64,000 nt of DNA from Octopus vulgaris (GCA_951406725.2 OX597825.1:27404001-27468000); one strand, 5' to 3'; numbered from the stretch's first letter, positions 1-13,443 are shown. Translations and numbers: made by a program. The notes: a model not told the origin generated them from the sequence alone.

Positions 1-2757
1 TTAAACTGCTTCTGTCAAAAATTTACGGGTATGTAAAATATATAGATTCATGTTTGAATTGCTTAACAATATCAGTTTCTGAAGTACATTCTGGTACATT
101 TTATTACTTCTAATTGCTAGAATGCTATCCCTATTCTCACTTCTGTGGGCTATCAAAACCCGTATTCGTTATTTAGTAGGCCTACAGCTTACAGCTTTGA
201 AACAGTTTTCTACTATACAAGAATGAGAGGAGAAAAAGCTCAAGAAATAATTTTTACATAGCGAAAGCGGTGTATTGTAATCACTCATCTATGTTTGATT
301 GTGTGATTTCAAAATTACTGGCAAACGGCAGGACGGATTTTCACTACCTTAGACAGAACTACTCATTGGGTGAGTGGCTCGAAGTTATGAACATTTGATT
401 TGATTATCTTTAAAAAAAATGAACTTAAGAATTCCAGATAAGCAAGTAGTCATATTATTTTGTTCACTTTCTTTTTCATATGAATCGACACTCGTCTGCG
501 TGCGTGTAGATCATGATGCACCTATGCGCATAGAAAAGTGTGCGTAGATACATACATACATACATACATACATACATACATACATACATACATACATACA
601 TGCATATGCAGTTGCGTTTGAATGTGTGTTTTGTCTGCGCGTACATGTGTGTGTATGTGCGCACACTGAAGGATTCAAAGATTTCGTTTATTTACGAGTT
701 GATTTCTTAATTTCACTGTAGTATGAATACATATAATGGTAATACACAGAGAAAACTCAGTTCAATTAAAAACCATGGGGAGGCAATGTATTGTACGCCA
801 CACTAGAATTTGCGAAAACATTAATCTGCGCGCAAGGTATGCATCGCTTCCGATATCTTTGTTTATTTTTATTTATGATGTCTCCACTATAAATACATCT
901 TGTAATTTGAAATATTGGTATTCCGATCGTTAACATGTACCACTCCTGCTGTCAACTGAAACAACACTGGCGTAGTAATTTAAGAGTTTGCTCTCAACCA
1001 TTTTGAAGATGGACATTCTAGTATTAGTTTCTTTTTGCATGTGCATATCTTAGCAACAACTTTTTATGCTCTTGAAAACTGACGCCATATATTTTAAGAA
1101 AATGGTGTAGTTTTTCTTGGAGCTTACGAGAGATACAAATGCACCTGCACTATGCATTTCGACTTGCTATTTAAACGGGTACGTAACATCGGGGTAAGCT
1201 AGTTGTCAACCACAAGGACAATAACAATGACGGCAACACAAACAATATTAATAAATCTCGAAATGTGAATAAGTAAATAAACAAAACTGAACACACACCA
1301 TCCATGCACATAAAAGGCTGCTGATGTAGTAAGAATCCTTGTGTAATTACGTAAACCAATAGTAAATTAGTTGGCCGTGACATTTAATTAGGTATTAAAA
1401 AGTGGTTGTAATAGAAAAGGGGCGCCGATTGCAAAAATGTTTGGAAATCAGTAGATTGCAGCTCTAAGGAAAATAATTCAAGTCGACTCTACTTCCTTCG
1501 TTTGTATATCCAGTAATGTACCTGTCCACTTTCTTTGTTCAGTTATTTATTTGAATTTAACGAGTTTAAAGCGGTTTCAGTGACTTCATTACGGATTCAC
1601 AACTGCAATACAGAATACAGAATATATAAATACGACGGTAACAGGTATGCGTTCCTCTATAACATTAATATCATAACGATAACAAAACTGAATGATGAAC
1701 TCTCAACGTGGACATGACATAACTGATACTACGATTCCCAGACTCATAAAAAAATAAATATTTGTCATTTTATTTTCACTGGTAGTAAATCTAAAATTTT
1801 TCGATTTACTAAACTTGTTGCTACCATCAGTCTATTCATAGATTTATAGTTCGATTTTATGCTGAACTGTAAACTTTCAGAATGTAGTTAACTGACAAAC
1901 GGCAGTTAAGATAATTTATTTTAAGTTGTAAAACAAAATATTTTACGATTAATGAGGTGAAATTAATTTGAGCTCAATTAAAATGTGTAATGTTCATCAA
2001 TACGAATGTTTCCTTGACAAAGCCACATCAAATATTACGTGACGAAATCAATGAAGCATATACTAATTGTGACAGAAACATTTGACTATAATGATAATGA
2101 AATTTAATTGCTGATGCTAAAAACGATACCAAGAGAAAACGATATTATGTTGCCAGTTCACATTACTTAAATACCGAATTAGGAATTCCACAACTTATAA
2201 GTGTACGGCGTTAGGAGATACAAGGTAAAAAATATAACATTTCGAGGCATCTCTTCGCATTTGTGGGAAATAGCTCTTAGCGTTCTTTCAGTGTATTGCA
2301 GTAAATAGCTATCAGTTTATTCTTGTGTCAAAGTTCTCACATCCTTCGTATTCAAATTATATATCTTATAGATATTTTCTTATTGCAGTTTTGTGTATAA
2401 CGACTTCTTTGTATGATACCACTTACACATGGGTAAAAGTTTAAAAACATCGCAAAAACATCACATATACAGTGATCAGATACAAATCATGATAAACAAC
2501 AGCTAATAAACTTTATCTGTAATCATGATGCCGAGAATGTTTCAACTGAAATTCTTTCAATGATCAATTTTAAAAATTAACCAGAAGTGCACTGTACAAC
2601 GAATTGGTCAGGTAACATCGTGGAAGAAAACGAGCTGGCAATAGTATTACTAAAAACAAGCTCTTGCACATGAATGTTTACTGGGTATATTATGGCATTT
2701 TCATACATACATGCAAACACACATACACACACGCACACGTACACCCCTTCCTATATG

Positions 2758-2812
<55 letters not shown>

Positions 2813-2815
<3 letters not shown>

Positions 2816-3063
2816 GAGGCATATGGCCCAGGGGTTAGAGCAGTGAACTCGTGGTCGTGGGATAGCGGGTTCAAATCTCAGACCGGACAATGTATATTTA
2901 TGAGCGAAAGACCTAAACTCCACGCGGCTCCGCCAGAGAGTAATGTTGAACTTCTGCTGACACTTTCGGCACAACTTTCTTTCACTCCTTCTTCTTGCAT
3001 CCAGCAGCTCACCTGTGATCGGCTGGCGTCCCGTCCATGTGGGAAACCTATACGCCAATGAAA
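2813..3063 (+). mobile_element. tRNA-derived SINE (family C) with V-domain-like segment
   Basis: tRNA-like head (TGGCCCAGGGGTTAG ... GGTTCAAATC). The later CCTGTGATCGGCTGGCGTCCCGTCCA resembles the V-SINE domain. Head and body are shared with 45197-45462 (-). Confidence 0.7.
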
Positions 3064-3108
3064 GAACAAACAACTACATCAATATATATTACGTATGTAT
3101 GTATGTAC

Positions 3109-3177
<69 letters not shown>

Positions 3178-4271
3178 TAGTACGACGTCATATATAACAT
3201 GATCATGATGCTTCTGCTGATAGTATCGAATATCTTTGAGAAATCTACGAATATAAATGTTGACTTTTGCTAGGAGATCATCAGCTATTTTAGGATTTAT
3301 TTAAGGGTAAGATTTCAATCTGTCTCTCTTAGCTCTGATCGTTGAATAACGTATGTAGTATTTGGTAGCAATTATCCCAGATTCATTGTTCTTAAGCATC
3401 TTTTCAGTTTCCAGTAAGCAAGATTTTCATCTGAATATTTCAGTTTTGCATAGGCTACAGCTGTGCAGTGTAATTTGGTTCCTAGCGTAGAATTTACTTC
3501 AAACAAATTTGGTTGGAATTTACCCATTTATGTTTCCATGATATACTACTGGCAAAGTTTGATATCTTTCAAAACACCAGCGCTTTATTGTTTCCCGTTA
3601 CCAGGGAGAAATGTTAGCAGACTGCAGTTGCATCCGACTTGCACTTCTGTTATATACACTACAATTAGAATTAGAAATACATAGCTTTTGATAAAATTTA
3701 TAATATAAATATGCATGATCGTTCTCCATATAAAATATTCCAGCAATTGAAAGTTTCGGATAGAAATCTAAATCCGACACGAGAGACAGTAGAATACATG
3801 GAAACTGTATGTGACTATCCGTATAATAAAATCATTCAGACGGTTTTAAATATAAAGGAAGGCAGAAATGTACTAAAATGCAATTCATTTTATATCAAAA
3901 GTTATGAACAAATCAACGCGAAAGTACCTCAAAGTGAGCAATGCGGAATTAAATTCCTAGTGACATACTTATTAGGTAACGCTACATATGCATACTCCAC
4001 ACGGTGCATGATAGTTTTAACGAAGTATTCTTCACCATAGCTCTTCACAGGTTTTCATAAATAGTGTATGTTTAGCACTTAGTTAATAATTCTATACATT
4101 GAAAATGCTGTTAGGTTCAATATCATTCATGTTTTTAGACGTTAATTGCCTCTGATCCTGCACAGAATATAATTAAATGAACTCCAGTTCCAATTGAAAT
4201 TTCGTTTCAGATATTGATACAAAAGGATTCTATGCTAGTCAATGTTTATTTTTATTATTAATATAATAGGG

Positions 4272-4700
4272 GGATCTTTTCGGTTTGTACGGCAGTTTTT
4301 AACATAATTTCTAGGTAAATAAAAACATTTTAAACTTCGTATACTGGTAGAATATGTTTATAAAACATCTTTTTCTCTTGGCTTTATTGAGAAAATTCTA
4401 TAGTTTGTAAGATATTTGTTGTTTTTTTTCTTCAATTTCTGCAATTTCAACCAATCAGTGAGGCCTTTTGCTGTATGAATATGTCCCTCGTTTAAGAAAC
4501 AGAATGGGTTTATTTACATTTGTGAATAAAAGAAGATACCCTTCCCCCACCCCTAACCCTAACTAACTCTAACCAACCATAACCCTAAAAGAGATTGAAG
4601 TAGATTGAAATGCAATAGATCGATTCTAGGGTCATAATTATGGGTGACAATTTCATAAGACACCGCTAGAAAAAAACTGCTGTTCAAACCGAAAAGATCC
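4272..4700. mobile_element. Non-autonomous DNA transposon (MITE), Merlin-like
   Basis: ~29-bp TIRs GGATCTTTTCGGTTTGTACGGCAGTTTTT / AAAAAACTGCTGTTCAAACCGAAAAGATCC and an exact 8-bp TSD TAATAGGG (4264-4271, 4701-4708). GG termini with an 8-bp TSD fit Merlin. Confidence 0.85.
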
Positions 4701-5517
4701 TAATAGGGTTTTATTTGCGAGTAATTTAACTGTTATTTCTAGAAGTTCTAACAGTTTTATTTTCTCCTCTCATTAAAATAGTTAAACATTGTTCTTTTTC
4801 AAAAGCAAATAGATAATTTTTAGTTCTGTGTTTCTTTCTAAATTCCTCGTTATCTGAATTACTCGTAATAAACTGATATAAGTTATATTGATTCTAGAGA
4901 CTTAAGTACCAACATTGACTCTCAATAAGTCTGTGCGATTAAATAAATCAGCAGAGAAACACAATTTGAACAAACACTTCGGATTTAATCTTAAGCTCAG
5001 AATATAGAAGTGTTAAAGAAGACTGTAATGTATTTCACCATCCCTCTGCAGTTTGTATCAATTGATATTCTAAAGACTATTTCACAAATAGGCCAACCGG
5101 CTTTATCAGTATTTGAATAACGGAAAAAAAAATGTGATTTCCTTGTCACGTAGTTATTTTATTTATTTATTTATCATGATATTACATTCAGGGGAAACTA
5201 ACTAAAATTGCTAGGCGCTTCAATCAACTTCCACCTTCATTCCGAGATTATTTTCACAAGTACAAAATGTGATTTCGTGATTGAAATATAAGATTTATTG
5301 AATAAATACCGAAGAGTTTTCATTCTTATCGTTGCAATTTCGGTGTTCGAATCCCGCTTGTAGCGACGTAGTATTTTATTCGTCATCTATCTATATGATA
5401 AGTAACAATGACATTCATACTTCGATTCTGTTCTATGAATCATGTATATATTTTTTTTATTATGATGCTCATGTGAGATAAAGCAGTTTACACTGGTTCT
5501 AACAGACTGATATCGTA

Positions 5518-5968
5518 GTTTCTTATTTCTTTGTTGTCCACAAGGGGCTAAACATAGAGGGAATTAACAAGGACAGACAAAGGAATTAAGTCGATTACAT
5601 CGACTCCAGTGCGTAACTGGTACTTAATTTATCGATCCCGAATGGATGAATGCCAAAGTCGACCTCGGTAGAATTTAAACTCACAACGTAACAGCAGACG
5701 AAATGCCGCTAAGCATTTCGTCCGGCGTGCTAACGTTTCTTATTTCTTCACTGCCCACAAAGGGCACAGAGGGGACAAACAAGGAAAGAAAAACGGATTA
5801 AGTAGCTTATATCGACCCCAGTGCGTAACTGGTACTCATTTAATCAACCCCGAAAGGATGAAAGGCAAAGTCGACCTCGGTGGAGATTGAACTCAGAACG
5901 TAGCGGCAGATGAAATGCTGCTAAGCATTTCGCCCGGCGTGCATAAGTTTCTGCCAACTCGCCGCCTT
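5518..5968 (-). mobile_element. tRNA-derived SINE family A, tandem dimer
   Basis: Two units of the core GTCGACTTTGCCTTTCATCCTTTCGGGGTCGATAAATTAAGTACCAG in reverse orientation, flanked by an 11-bp TSD CTGATATCGTA (5507-5517, 5969-5979). Confidence 0.9.
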
Positions 5969-6384
5969 CTGATATCGTATTTTGCAATCAACGTATGCCC
6001 GTCTTATAAAAGTATGCAAAATGTTAGTTCAATTTATTTGCAGCTATCGCTTTGCTAAGACTGGCTTATTTGTGAAGTACCAATCACATTCTGCTTATGA
6101 GAATAGAGTTCCGTTCGACAGAATAAAGAAACGTTTTACGGTAATTATTTCCGATTTTACGATATGAGCTCAAATCCAATCGTGGCCAATTCAGTACTTC
6201 ATACGACCGGAGGAGATGAAAGGAAATACCTAGGTGTTCTTGCTATTGATGTCATGGACTGCACATACACCACTTAAAATTACTAATTTTGGGTGTCAAG
6301 CACAAACAGAAATAAGCAGAAATAACGACAGCATGCGAGTATAGAATGAACTGAGCGCCGGTGATATCTTTTAATTCATGTATA

Positions 6385-6609
6385 AAGTGGCGAGATGGCA
6401 GAGACGTTAGCACACCGGTCGAAGTGCTTCGTGGTATTTTGCCCGTCGCCACGTTCTGAGTTCAAATTCCGTCGAGGTCGACTTTGCCTTTCATCCTTTC
6501 GGGGTCGATAAATTAAGTACCAGTTTCGCACTGGGATCGATGTACTCGACTTAATCCGTTTGTCTCTCCTTGTTTGTCCCGTCTATGTTTAGCCCCTTGT
6601 GGTTAATAA
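6385..6609 (+). mobile_element. SINE family A monomer
   Basis: Head GGCGAGATGGCAGAGACGTTAGC, B-box-like GAGTTCAAATTCC, conserved core, tail GCCCCTTGTGG. Confidence 0.9.
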
Positions 6610-6759
6610 TACTTCATGTATTTCATAGCTTTAAGATATGAATTCAAACAACCATAACAGATCAGAAATATAAATATCTCTAAATCACGAATATGGTTAT
6701 AATCGACTAAATTCACTTGCAAAAAATCTGGTAATAAGGTCAAGAGAGAAATTATAGGA

Positions 6760-6798
<39 letters not shown>

Positions 6799-6913
6799 GC
6801 AACTTCTACTACTACTACAACTACTAATACTACTACTACTACTAGAGGGATATAGGTGAGAGATCGACTATATAAAAGAAGCAAACTAACTATTTAAGAA
6901 TAATTCTAGACGT

Positions 6914-7076
6914 AGGCGTAGGAGTGGCTATGTGGTAAGTAGCTTGCTTACGGACCACATGGTTCCGGGTTCAGTCCCACTGCGTGGCACCTTGGGCAAG
7001 TGTCTTCTACTATAGCATCGGGCCGACCAAATCCTTGTGAGTGGATTTGGTAGACGGAAACTGAAAGAAGCCCGTC

Positions 7077-7127
<51 letters not shown>

Positions 7128-7437
7128 TAAATTAGAGACAAAACCACTATTAGGCAAATCAAACAAAGAAAAACTTAAGCCAATACATATGATTAATTTA
7201 TATATGTGTGTGTGTGTGCGTCTATGTTTGTGTGTTGTGTTTGTCCCTCCCCCATCATCGCTTGACAACCGATGCTGGTGTGTTTATGTCCCTGTAACTT
7301 AGCGGTTCGGCAAAAGCGACCGACAGAATAAGTACTAGGTTTACAAAGAATAAGTCCTGGGGTCGATTTGCTCGACTAAAGGCGGTGCACCAGCATGGCT
7401 ACAGTCACATGACTGAAACAAGTAAAAGAGTAAAAGA
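6914..7437 (+). mobile_element. tRNA-derived SINE family B (CORE-like), with expanded internal (TA)n and a short insert
   Basis: Near-identical to 49803-50223 and 62090-62510. Contains ACCTTGGGCAAGTG (CORE-like) and ends GACTGAAACAAGTAAAAGAG. Confidence 0.9.
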
Positions 7438-8019
7438 CTAAGAATAAGTGATGAAAGCAGCATTTGTACTGAGAAGTAATGTTAGTCGCCACATAAACAC
7501 AGGTGTTCTCTAGGTACAAAAGAGATTTTCCCGGAGTTGGAATAGCAGTATAGTCGGTTCCTAGGGAACACCCGTATTTAGGTAGCGATGAAAAATTACT
7601 TCTCAGTGTAAATACTGTGTTTATCTCTTATAGAGTTATTTAAATCTAGGTAATTTGCTTTTTCCTAGATCAGTGACAGTATGTGTATTATTTTCTACAT
7701 ATTGCTAGCTTGAGTGAGCCATTGCTATGTCTAGCAGCGGAGTAACTATCACCGAGGGTAATCATAAAATGATCGAATCCGAAAGATCTGGTAGTCACTC
7801 TCGGCTTGTAATGTATATCGAGTGCAGAGTGTACAGAATAAACAACCGGATGAGGAGTCCTTCAAGATCTCAAACATCAGTATCGTCGGTTCCTGCGGAA
7901 CACTACTATTTAAGTAGAGATAAATATTATTTATTTATCTATCTATCCGCGATAGGTATATATTTTCACTACTTCCACTCATTCATATTCTCCTTTCTCT
8001 TTCTTCTTCTTCTTCACCA

Positions 8020-8134
8020 TTATCATCATCATCATCATCATCGTCGTCTTCTTCTCCTTTTCTTCTTCTTCTTCTTCTTCTTCTTCTTCTTCTTCTTCTT
8101 CTTCTTCTTCTTCTTCTTCTTCTTCTTCTTCTTC
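8020..8134. repeat. Compound (CAT)n/(CTT)n microsatellite
   Basis: Directly visible trinucleotide runs. Confidence 0.95.
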
Positions 8135-8497
8135 TGATCCACCTTCTACTTCTTAACTTTATCACTAATGCTTTTTAGTTTAACACCTACGCAAGTTCTA
8201 TAAACAAACATTTCAATAGAAATATTCTCATGAATTGAACAGCGACTGCTAGCCGCCACTGACCATTCAAAATACGACAATCAAGGCACTCCCAAATTTC
8301 CCAACCCCTTCTCCTCATCATCCTTCTTCTTCTTCTTCCCTACCAAGAATTCACAACGACCTCGAACCCACAAGTGTAAACAAGAGAGACAGAAAGGCAG
8401 GAACAAGGAAAATGCCACTTATATTTGAACACTATACAAATATTCTTTTAAAAAAAACTTTTCTTTTAATTTTTCTAAATTTAATTATTTAATCGTT

Positions 8498-8537
8498 ACA
8501 GTTGAAAAGGTCTCAAAATGAGCGAAACCGGTACTGA
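8498..8537 (+). ncRNA. Degenerate minimal hammerhead ribozyme motif (Penelope-type)
   Basis: CAG-TTGAAAA-GGTCTC..GAGC-GAAACCGGTA-CTG: stem I CAG/CTG and palindromic ACCGGT after GAA, but the CUGANGA core is mutated. Confidence 0.4.
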
Positions 8538-8622
8538 AATGTTCTTTATAAAATTATTTTAGCATTTTCTATCTTGACTTGTTTTTTCATATATATCAAC
8601 TCGTGTGTTCCTTTTCACCCTT

Positions 8623-8682
<60 letters not shown>

Positions 8683-8683
8683 C

Positions 8684-8909
8684 ATTGCAGCGAGGAAGGT
8701 GTTTGTAAGCCATTTAAGAAACACACAAAAGCCGTTCGATTCACTTCAACATTTACAAAAATCCGTGCTGTATCTCTTTTTTGTCAGTGAACAGGTCGGG
8801 GTCTTAAAGCGACGAAAATATTTTGACAAATTAAACGTAAATGTTGAAGTGAATCGAACGGCTTTTGTGTGTTTCTTAAATGGCTTACAAACACCTTCCA
8901 CGCTGCAAT
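8684..8909. repeat. Long inverted repeat (foldback) between (TA)n tracts
   Basis: ~73-bp near-perfect arms 8684-8756 / 8837-8909 with an ~80-bp spacer. Confidence 0.9.
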
Positions 8910-8964
8910 TGTTTTCGTTTCAGCACACGATCTCAGATCAAATCATTTGCTATGCAGGTACATC

Positions 8965-9004
<40 letters not shown>

Positions 9005-9208
9005 GTCGCGAGTATGGAATCGTTTGATAATATTCATTGTGCAATTTATTTTGTACCAAAATCATCACATTTTCCTCATAAATAATGTGGCAATAAACAC
9101 AGAGGAGACGAGGGCCAAACGGCATGCTTTCTGTTAAGAATATATGTAATGATATATCTATCTATGTAACTATCTGTCTATCTATCTATCTCTCTTTCCA
9201 CATATATA

Positions 9209-9269
<61 letters not shown>

Positions 9270-9590
9270 GCATATATATATACACACATATATATTGCAG
9301 TTTAATTCGTATTAAAGGAGACAGGGTTCCTTAGGGGAAGAGGCCTCCGATAGCGGATAGGCTCCGTTAGGGGACAGGCACCGCTTGCGCCTTGCAAAAG
9401 TTGAAGTAGCATGGACTCCGAATCAAATTGTGTTGGATAATACATGTAACTGCTAATCAATGTGTTAAGAGCCCTTTTCATTCGATTGTCCACTCACATG
9501 TATATATATATGGGGGATATTATTGTTTATAATAATATCAGTGACTTAGCATGAGTAAAAACCCATAATGGTATAAAAATTATCAATAAA

Positions 9591-9862
9591 TAATCAAGGG
9601 TACTAATAAGCAGTACCGACATGCTAAATGTAGCACTCAAAATGAGCAAACAACAAATTTTCACTTAAACACAAATGTGAAAGCGGGAAAATAAAAAAAA
9701 AATTTTAAACCACGTACCAATGACGAAAATAATCGAAAATTGAAAAAGTCAGATTTACCCGTATCTCCCTGATTTCGAACATTGTGAAATACTCTTTGTT
9801 CATCTTCAGAGAGTCTTACTATATTTAGCATACTGGTACTGCTTGTTAGTACCGTTAATTAT
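9591..9862. repeat. Inverted-repeat element enclosing a degenerate hammerhead-like motif
   Basis: ~42-bp arms (GGTACTAATAAGCAGTACCGACATGCTAAATGTAG / CTATATTTAGCATACTGGTACTGCTTGTTAGTACC). The minus strand at 9763-9815 reads CTGAAGA-TGAACA...TGTTC-GAAA. Confidence 0.6.
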
Positions 9863-10221
9863 TGTTAATTACTAGTTTCAGCCCAAGGGTGAGGTTATGC
9901 TGGCGGACCGTTCTTTATATATATATAGGCTTTGTAATAAAGCCCCCGTCCGGGACGAGACAATTTTTCCCACGAGAGTTCCGGTCCCCAGTAAAGTAGT
10001 CATTTGTATACAGCCAATCAGAGCTCAACTTGACATTGCCATGTTAACAAACGCTGGCATTCCTTGGCGATCTTCTATTACCATGCGAATCTTTTATTAT
10101 GCTCTCACTCATATGCCAATATCATTGCTACCGAACACGTACGCTTGTTGGAGGTAGGTTTGAATTACTATAGTAATGAAAGGTAATGTTTTGTACGAAT
10201 ATGAAAGCACGGAAATAACAC

Positions 10222-10352
10222 TCGGCCGATGTCGACTCTGCCTTTGATCATTTCGGGTCGACGATTTTAATTACCAGTGGCGTACTGGGGTCGATCTAAT
10301 TGACTGGTTCCCTCTCCCAACCTTTTGGGCCTTTTGAGTTGAGTAGAAAAGA
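10222..10352 (+). mobile_element. SINE family A-related fragment with alternative tail (A')
   Basis: GTCGACTCTGCCTTTGATCATTTCGGGTCG core followed by a CCCTCTCCC...GAAAAG tail. Confidence 0.7.
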
Positions 10353-11519
10353 ATATTTGTAAACAAGGTGCTATGTGGCTTGTAATTTTATTTCATGTAA
10401 ATAAGTCTTATTTAGCTGTTATTTTTAGCACACCTTGCAACCACCAGTGTTTAATGCGTTACAATTTTTAACAGAAAGATTTAGAAAAATTATATGAAAA
10501 TCCTCCGATAATTTTCTTACACATAAATAAATGTTTATGTTAATTTAAAAGAGAAGAACAGTTAGTTTAAAATCTCTGAGCGAAATGTTGATAAATAAAA
10601 TTTAATTTAAAAGATTTATCAAGAAATTGTTATTTAGCTGTTATTTTTATCACACCTCACAGCCACCTCATGCTCAATGACAAAATGAAACAAGCATTAA
10701 CCTAGATGGAGAAGTTAATGTCTGCCAGTAGAGAGGGAAATGTAAGGAATGCATGGTGCTGACTAGAAAGGAAGAAAATATGAAGGTGGCTCTGCTCTGA
10801 TTAGCTATATGCAAATGAGCTCGTTATTGGGATCCGGAACTCTTGTAGAAAAAAAATCGAGTCTGGAGCTGTAGTTGAAGATGGTCGTCGTAGCTGAAGA
10901 CACCAATCTGTTTAACTGAATCCTGAACCATAAGATCTAAAAATCAAGCTTTTTGCACAACAGCCACGCCTGCGCTTTCATGCAGCCACGACTGGTATCG
11001 CTAAAATCCCAAAATACGAATTTCATCTCTTATCCAGAAAGAGAAAGTAATCTATTTCACAGCTACATTAGATACAGAGTACGTCATATAAATGAATGAG
11101 CTTCGTCAATTTTTTTCGGAACATTTATCTGTTATAGTTGCACGTATTTTCGTTGTCAAAGGAATTCACGGTAGAAATTATGAACATTTAATATTTAGCA
11201 AGAAAGTATATACTTGAGGAGAAAAAATATCATGAGAATTACGTAAACGATTATTTTGAGATATAGTGAAGTAGTAAAACAATATAGATTTAATTTACCA
11301 TTACGTTTCCCATATATTTCGATTCGTACGCTAATAAAGTGGAAATGCAAAGGACGAGAGTGAAACAGAAAAATATAAATGAGTAAACCATATGAAACAT
11401 TAATAGTTATGTTATATCAATTTGTGCATCGATTTACTATATCTTTCAAGAGTCTATAAAACTGAAAATAGTCAATTTAATTGTTTTCAGTGATTGACAG
11501 GAATTCTATAACAAAAAAG

Positions 11520-11583
<64 letters not shown>

Positions 11584-12606
11584 CTTTCATATACAATCTA
11601 TTTTACGAGTTTAACGTTTGTAAATGGACACTAGAAAAATTGTTCACAGAATCGGAGAATAATATTATATCGATGTTTTGAACTTCTTTGAAACAATAGA
11701 AAAATTGTAAATGAATGAAAAACATGAAATATTCATAGAAATATGTTTAAACAAAATGTAGTGCATATAATTTTTTAGGGTTTTAAAAGAAAAGATTAAA
11801 CGTTAAAGAAGTTATGGTGTGGGAATAAATAAAATTCTATACAACGAAAGATTTTTTTTAGAATATGTTGCAAATATGTAACATAAAATATATATTGCAT
11901 TGTGCCTATCTTCGTGTACGTGAAGATTGCTACAATTCTAAAGAAAGCTCATTAATAATTCTCTCTTCATATATTTTATACAGAATAAACAGCCAAAATA
12001 AACCCATTCACATTCTTAATACCTCTTGCTCTACGTGCACTCAGTAGTAGAAGCTATTATAAAATGAGATCTAATGTTAGCTCTTTAAAGATGGGGAAAT
12101 TTGCATTGCATAGAAGGCGATTAATACGTTAAGCATATAAGCATAAAATATGTTTATGTAATTATAACTTTCTTAGACCACCTGGTAAACCACAGGTGAA
12201 TTTTATAGCAGTTTTCAAGAAATTGTGTGCAGCAAAATCGAAAATTTATTATCTTTTGAAAGATATCCCAATGAGAAACAACAATGATTCTGTGGATTTG
12301 TTCAAACTTCTATAAATATCGTAAATGCTTTCGAAAAAATTGGATTCTTTCAGAAACGTATGTTACTACGAACTTATATATGTCTGATCGCCTGGGACGA
12401 TTAGGGATAACTCTGTCGGATCAAATGTTAAAAAAACATAGATCTCTTCTGCCTATAATCTGCCTGAAATGTTGCTCAATGGAGAAAAGTAACTCAGGAG
12501 GTGACATTTTAGGTAAGGTATATGAAATCATATTCACAATGAAAACTTCAAGACCTAAAGCAATTAAACTGAAATAGAATATCGAAAGCAAGGTAGTTAT
12601 TTCTCT

Positions 12607-12994
12607 GCGAGCTGGTAGAAACGATAGCACGCCAGGCGAAATACTTAGCGGTATTATGTCTGTTTTTATGTTCTGAGTTCAGAGTTCGCGAAAGGTCGAC
12701 TTTGCCTTTCATTATTTCGGAGTCGATAAATTAAGTACCAGTTACGCACTGGGGTCGATGGTAATCGACTTAATACCTATGTCTGTCCTTGTTTGTCCCC
12801 TCTGTGTTTAGCCCCTTGTGCGTAATAAAGAAATAGGTATTACGTCTGTTTTTATGTTCTGAGTTCAGAGTTCGCGAAAGGTCGACTTTGCCTTTCATCA
12901 TTTCGGGGTCGATAAATTAAATACCAGTTACGTACTGGAGTCGATCTAATCGACTGTCTCCCTCCCCTAAATTTAAGGCTTTGTGCCTAACATA
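12607..12994 (+). mobile_element. SINE family A / A' hybrid dimer
   Basis: The first unit ends AATAAAGAAATA. The second starts GGTATT at 12836 and ends with the alternative CCCTCCCCTAAATTT tail. Confidence 0.85.
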
Positions 12995-13443
12995 GGATTT
13001 TTTCCCCCGTTTTTCAGCTACTGTTTTCGAAAAGACAAACTCCCGTCCACCCCAACCGCACATTTTCTCGCAAATTATTATTATTGCTTTTTTTTTGCCC
13101 AAAACCCAGCTTTTCGGATACGGAGATTGCGGGAAATAGCCAACATACGGAATTTTGAATTTTTTTTGAAATTTTGAAAACCAGTACAAACGCACGAACG
13201 ATGTTATAAATAACAATGATAAATGAAATATACACCGCCGATGACAAACAGCAACAGTAATTTTATTCAGCTGAATGCACGGCATTGATTGGATGAAATT
13301 ACCGAAATAATGCAAATTTAACACGAAATAACTTCGTAAATAGTAACTTTTCTCAACAACGCTAAGAGTATAAAATGTTCTATATGACACATTCTACCAG
13401 CATATGAAGATTAATCGAGCTGTCCATGAAAAGGAAAAGATTC
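12995..13443. mobile_element. MITE related to 4272-4700 (opposite orientation, more decayed)
   Basis: Termini GGATTTTTTCC / GGAAAAGATTC. Internal motifs ATTCTACCAGCATATGAAG and TGATTGGATGAAATT are reverse-complement matches to the 4272 element. Confidence 0.55.

Noticed and set aside
3711-4040. 109-aa ORF in unique sequence
   Set aside because: No recognisable domain or splice support, and compatible with a chance ORF.
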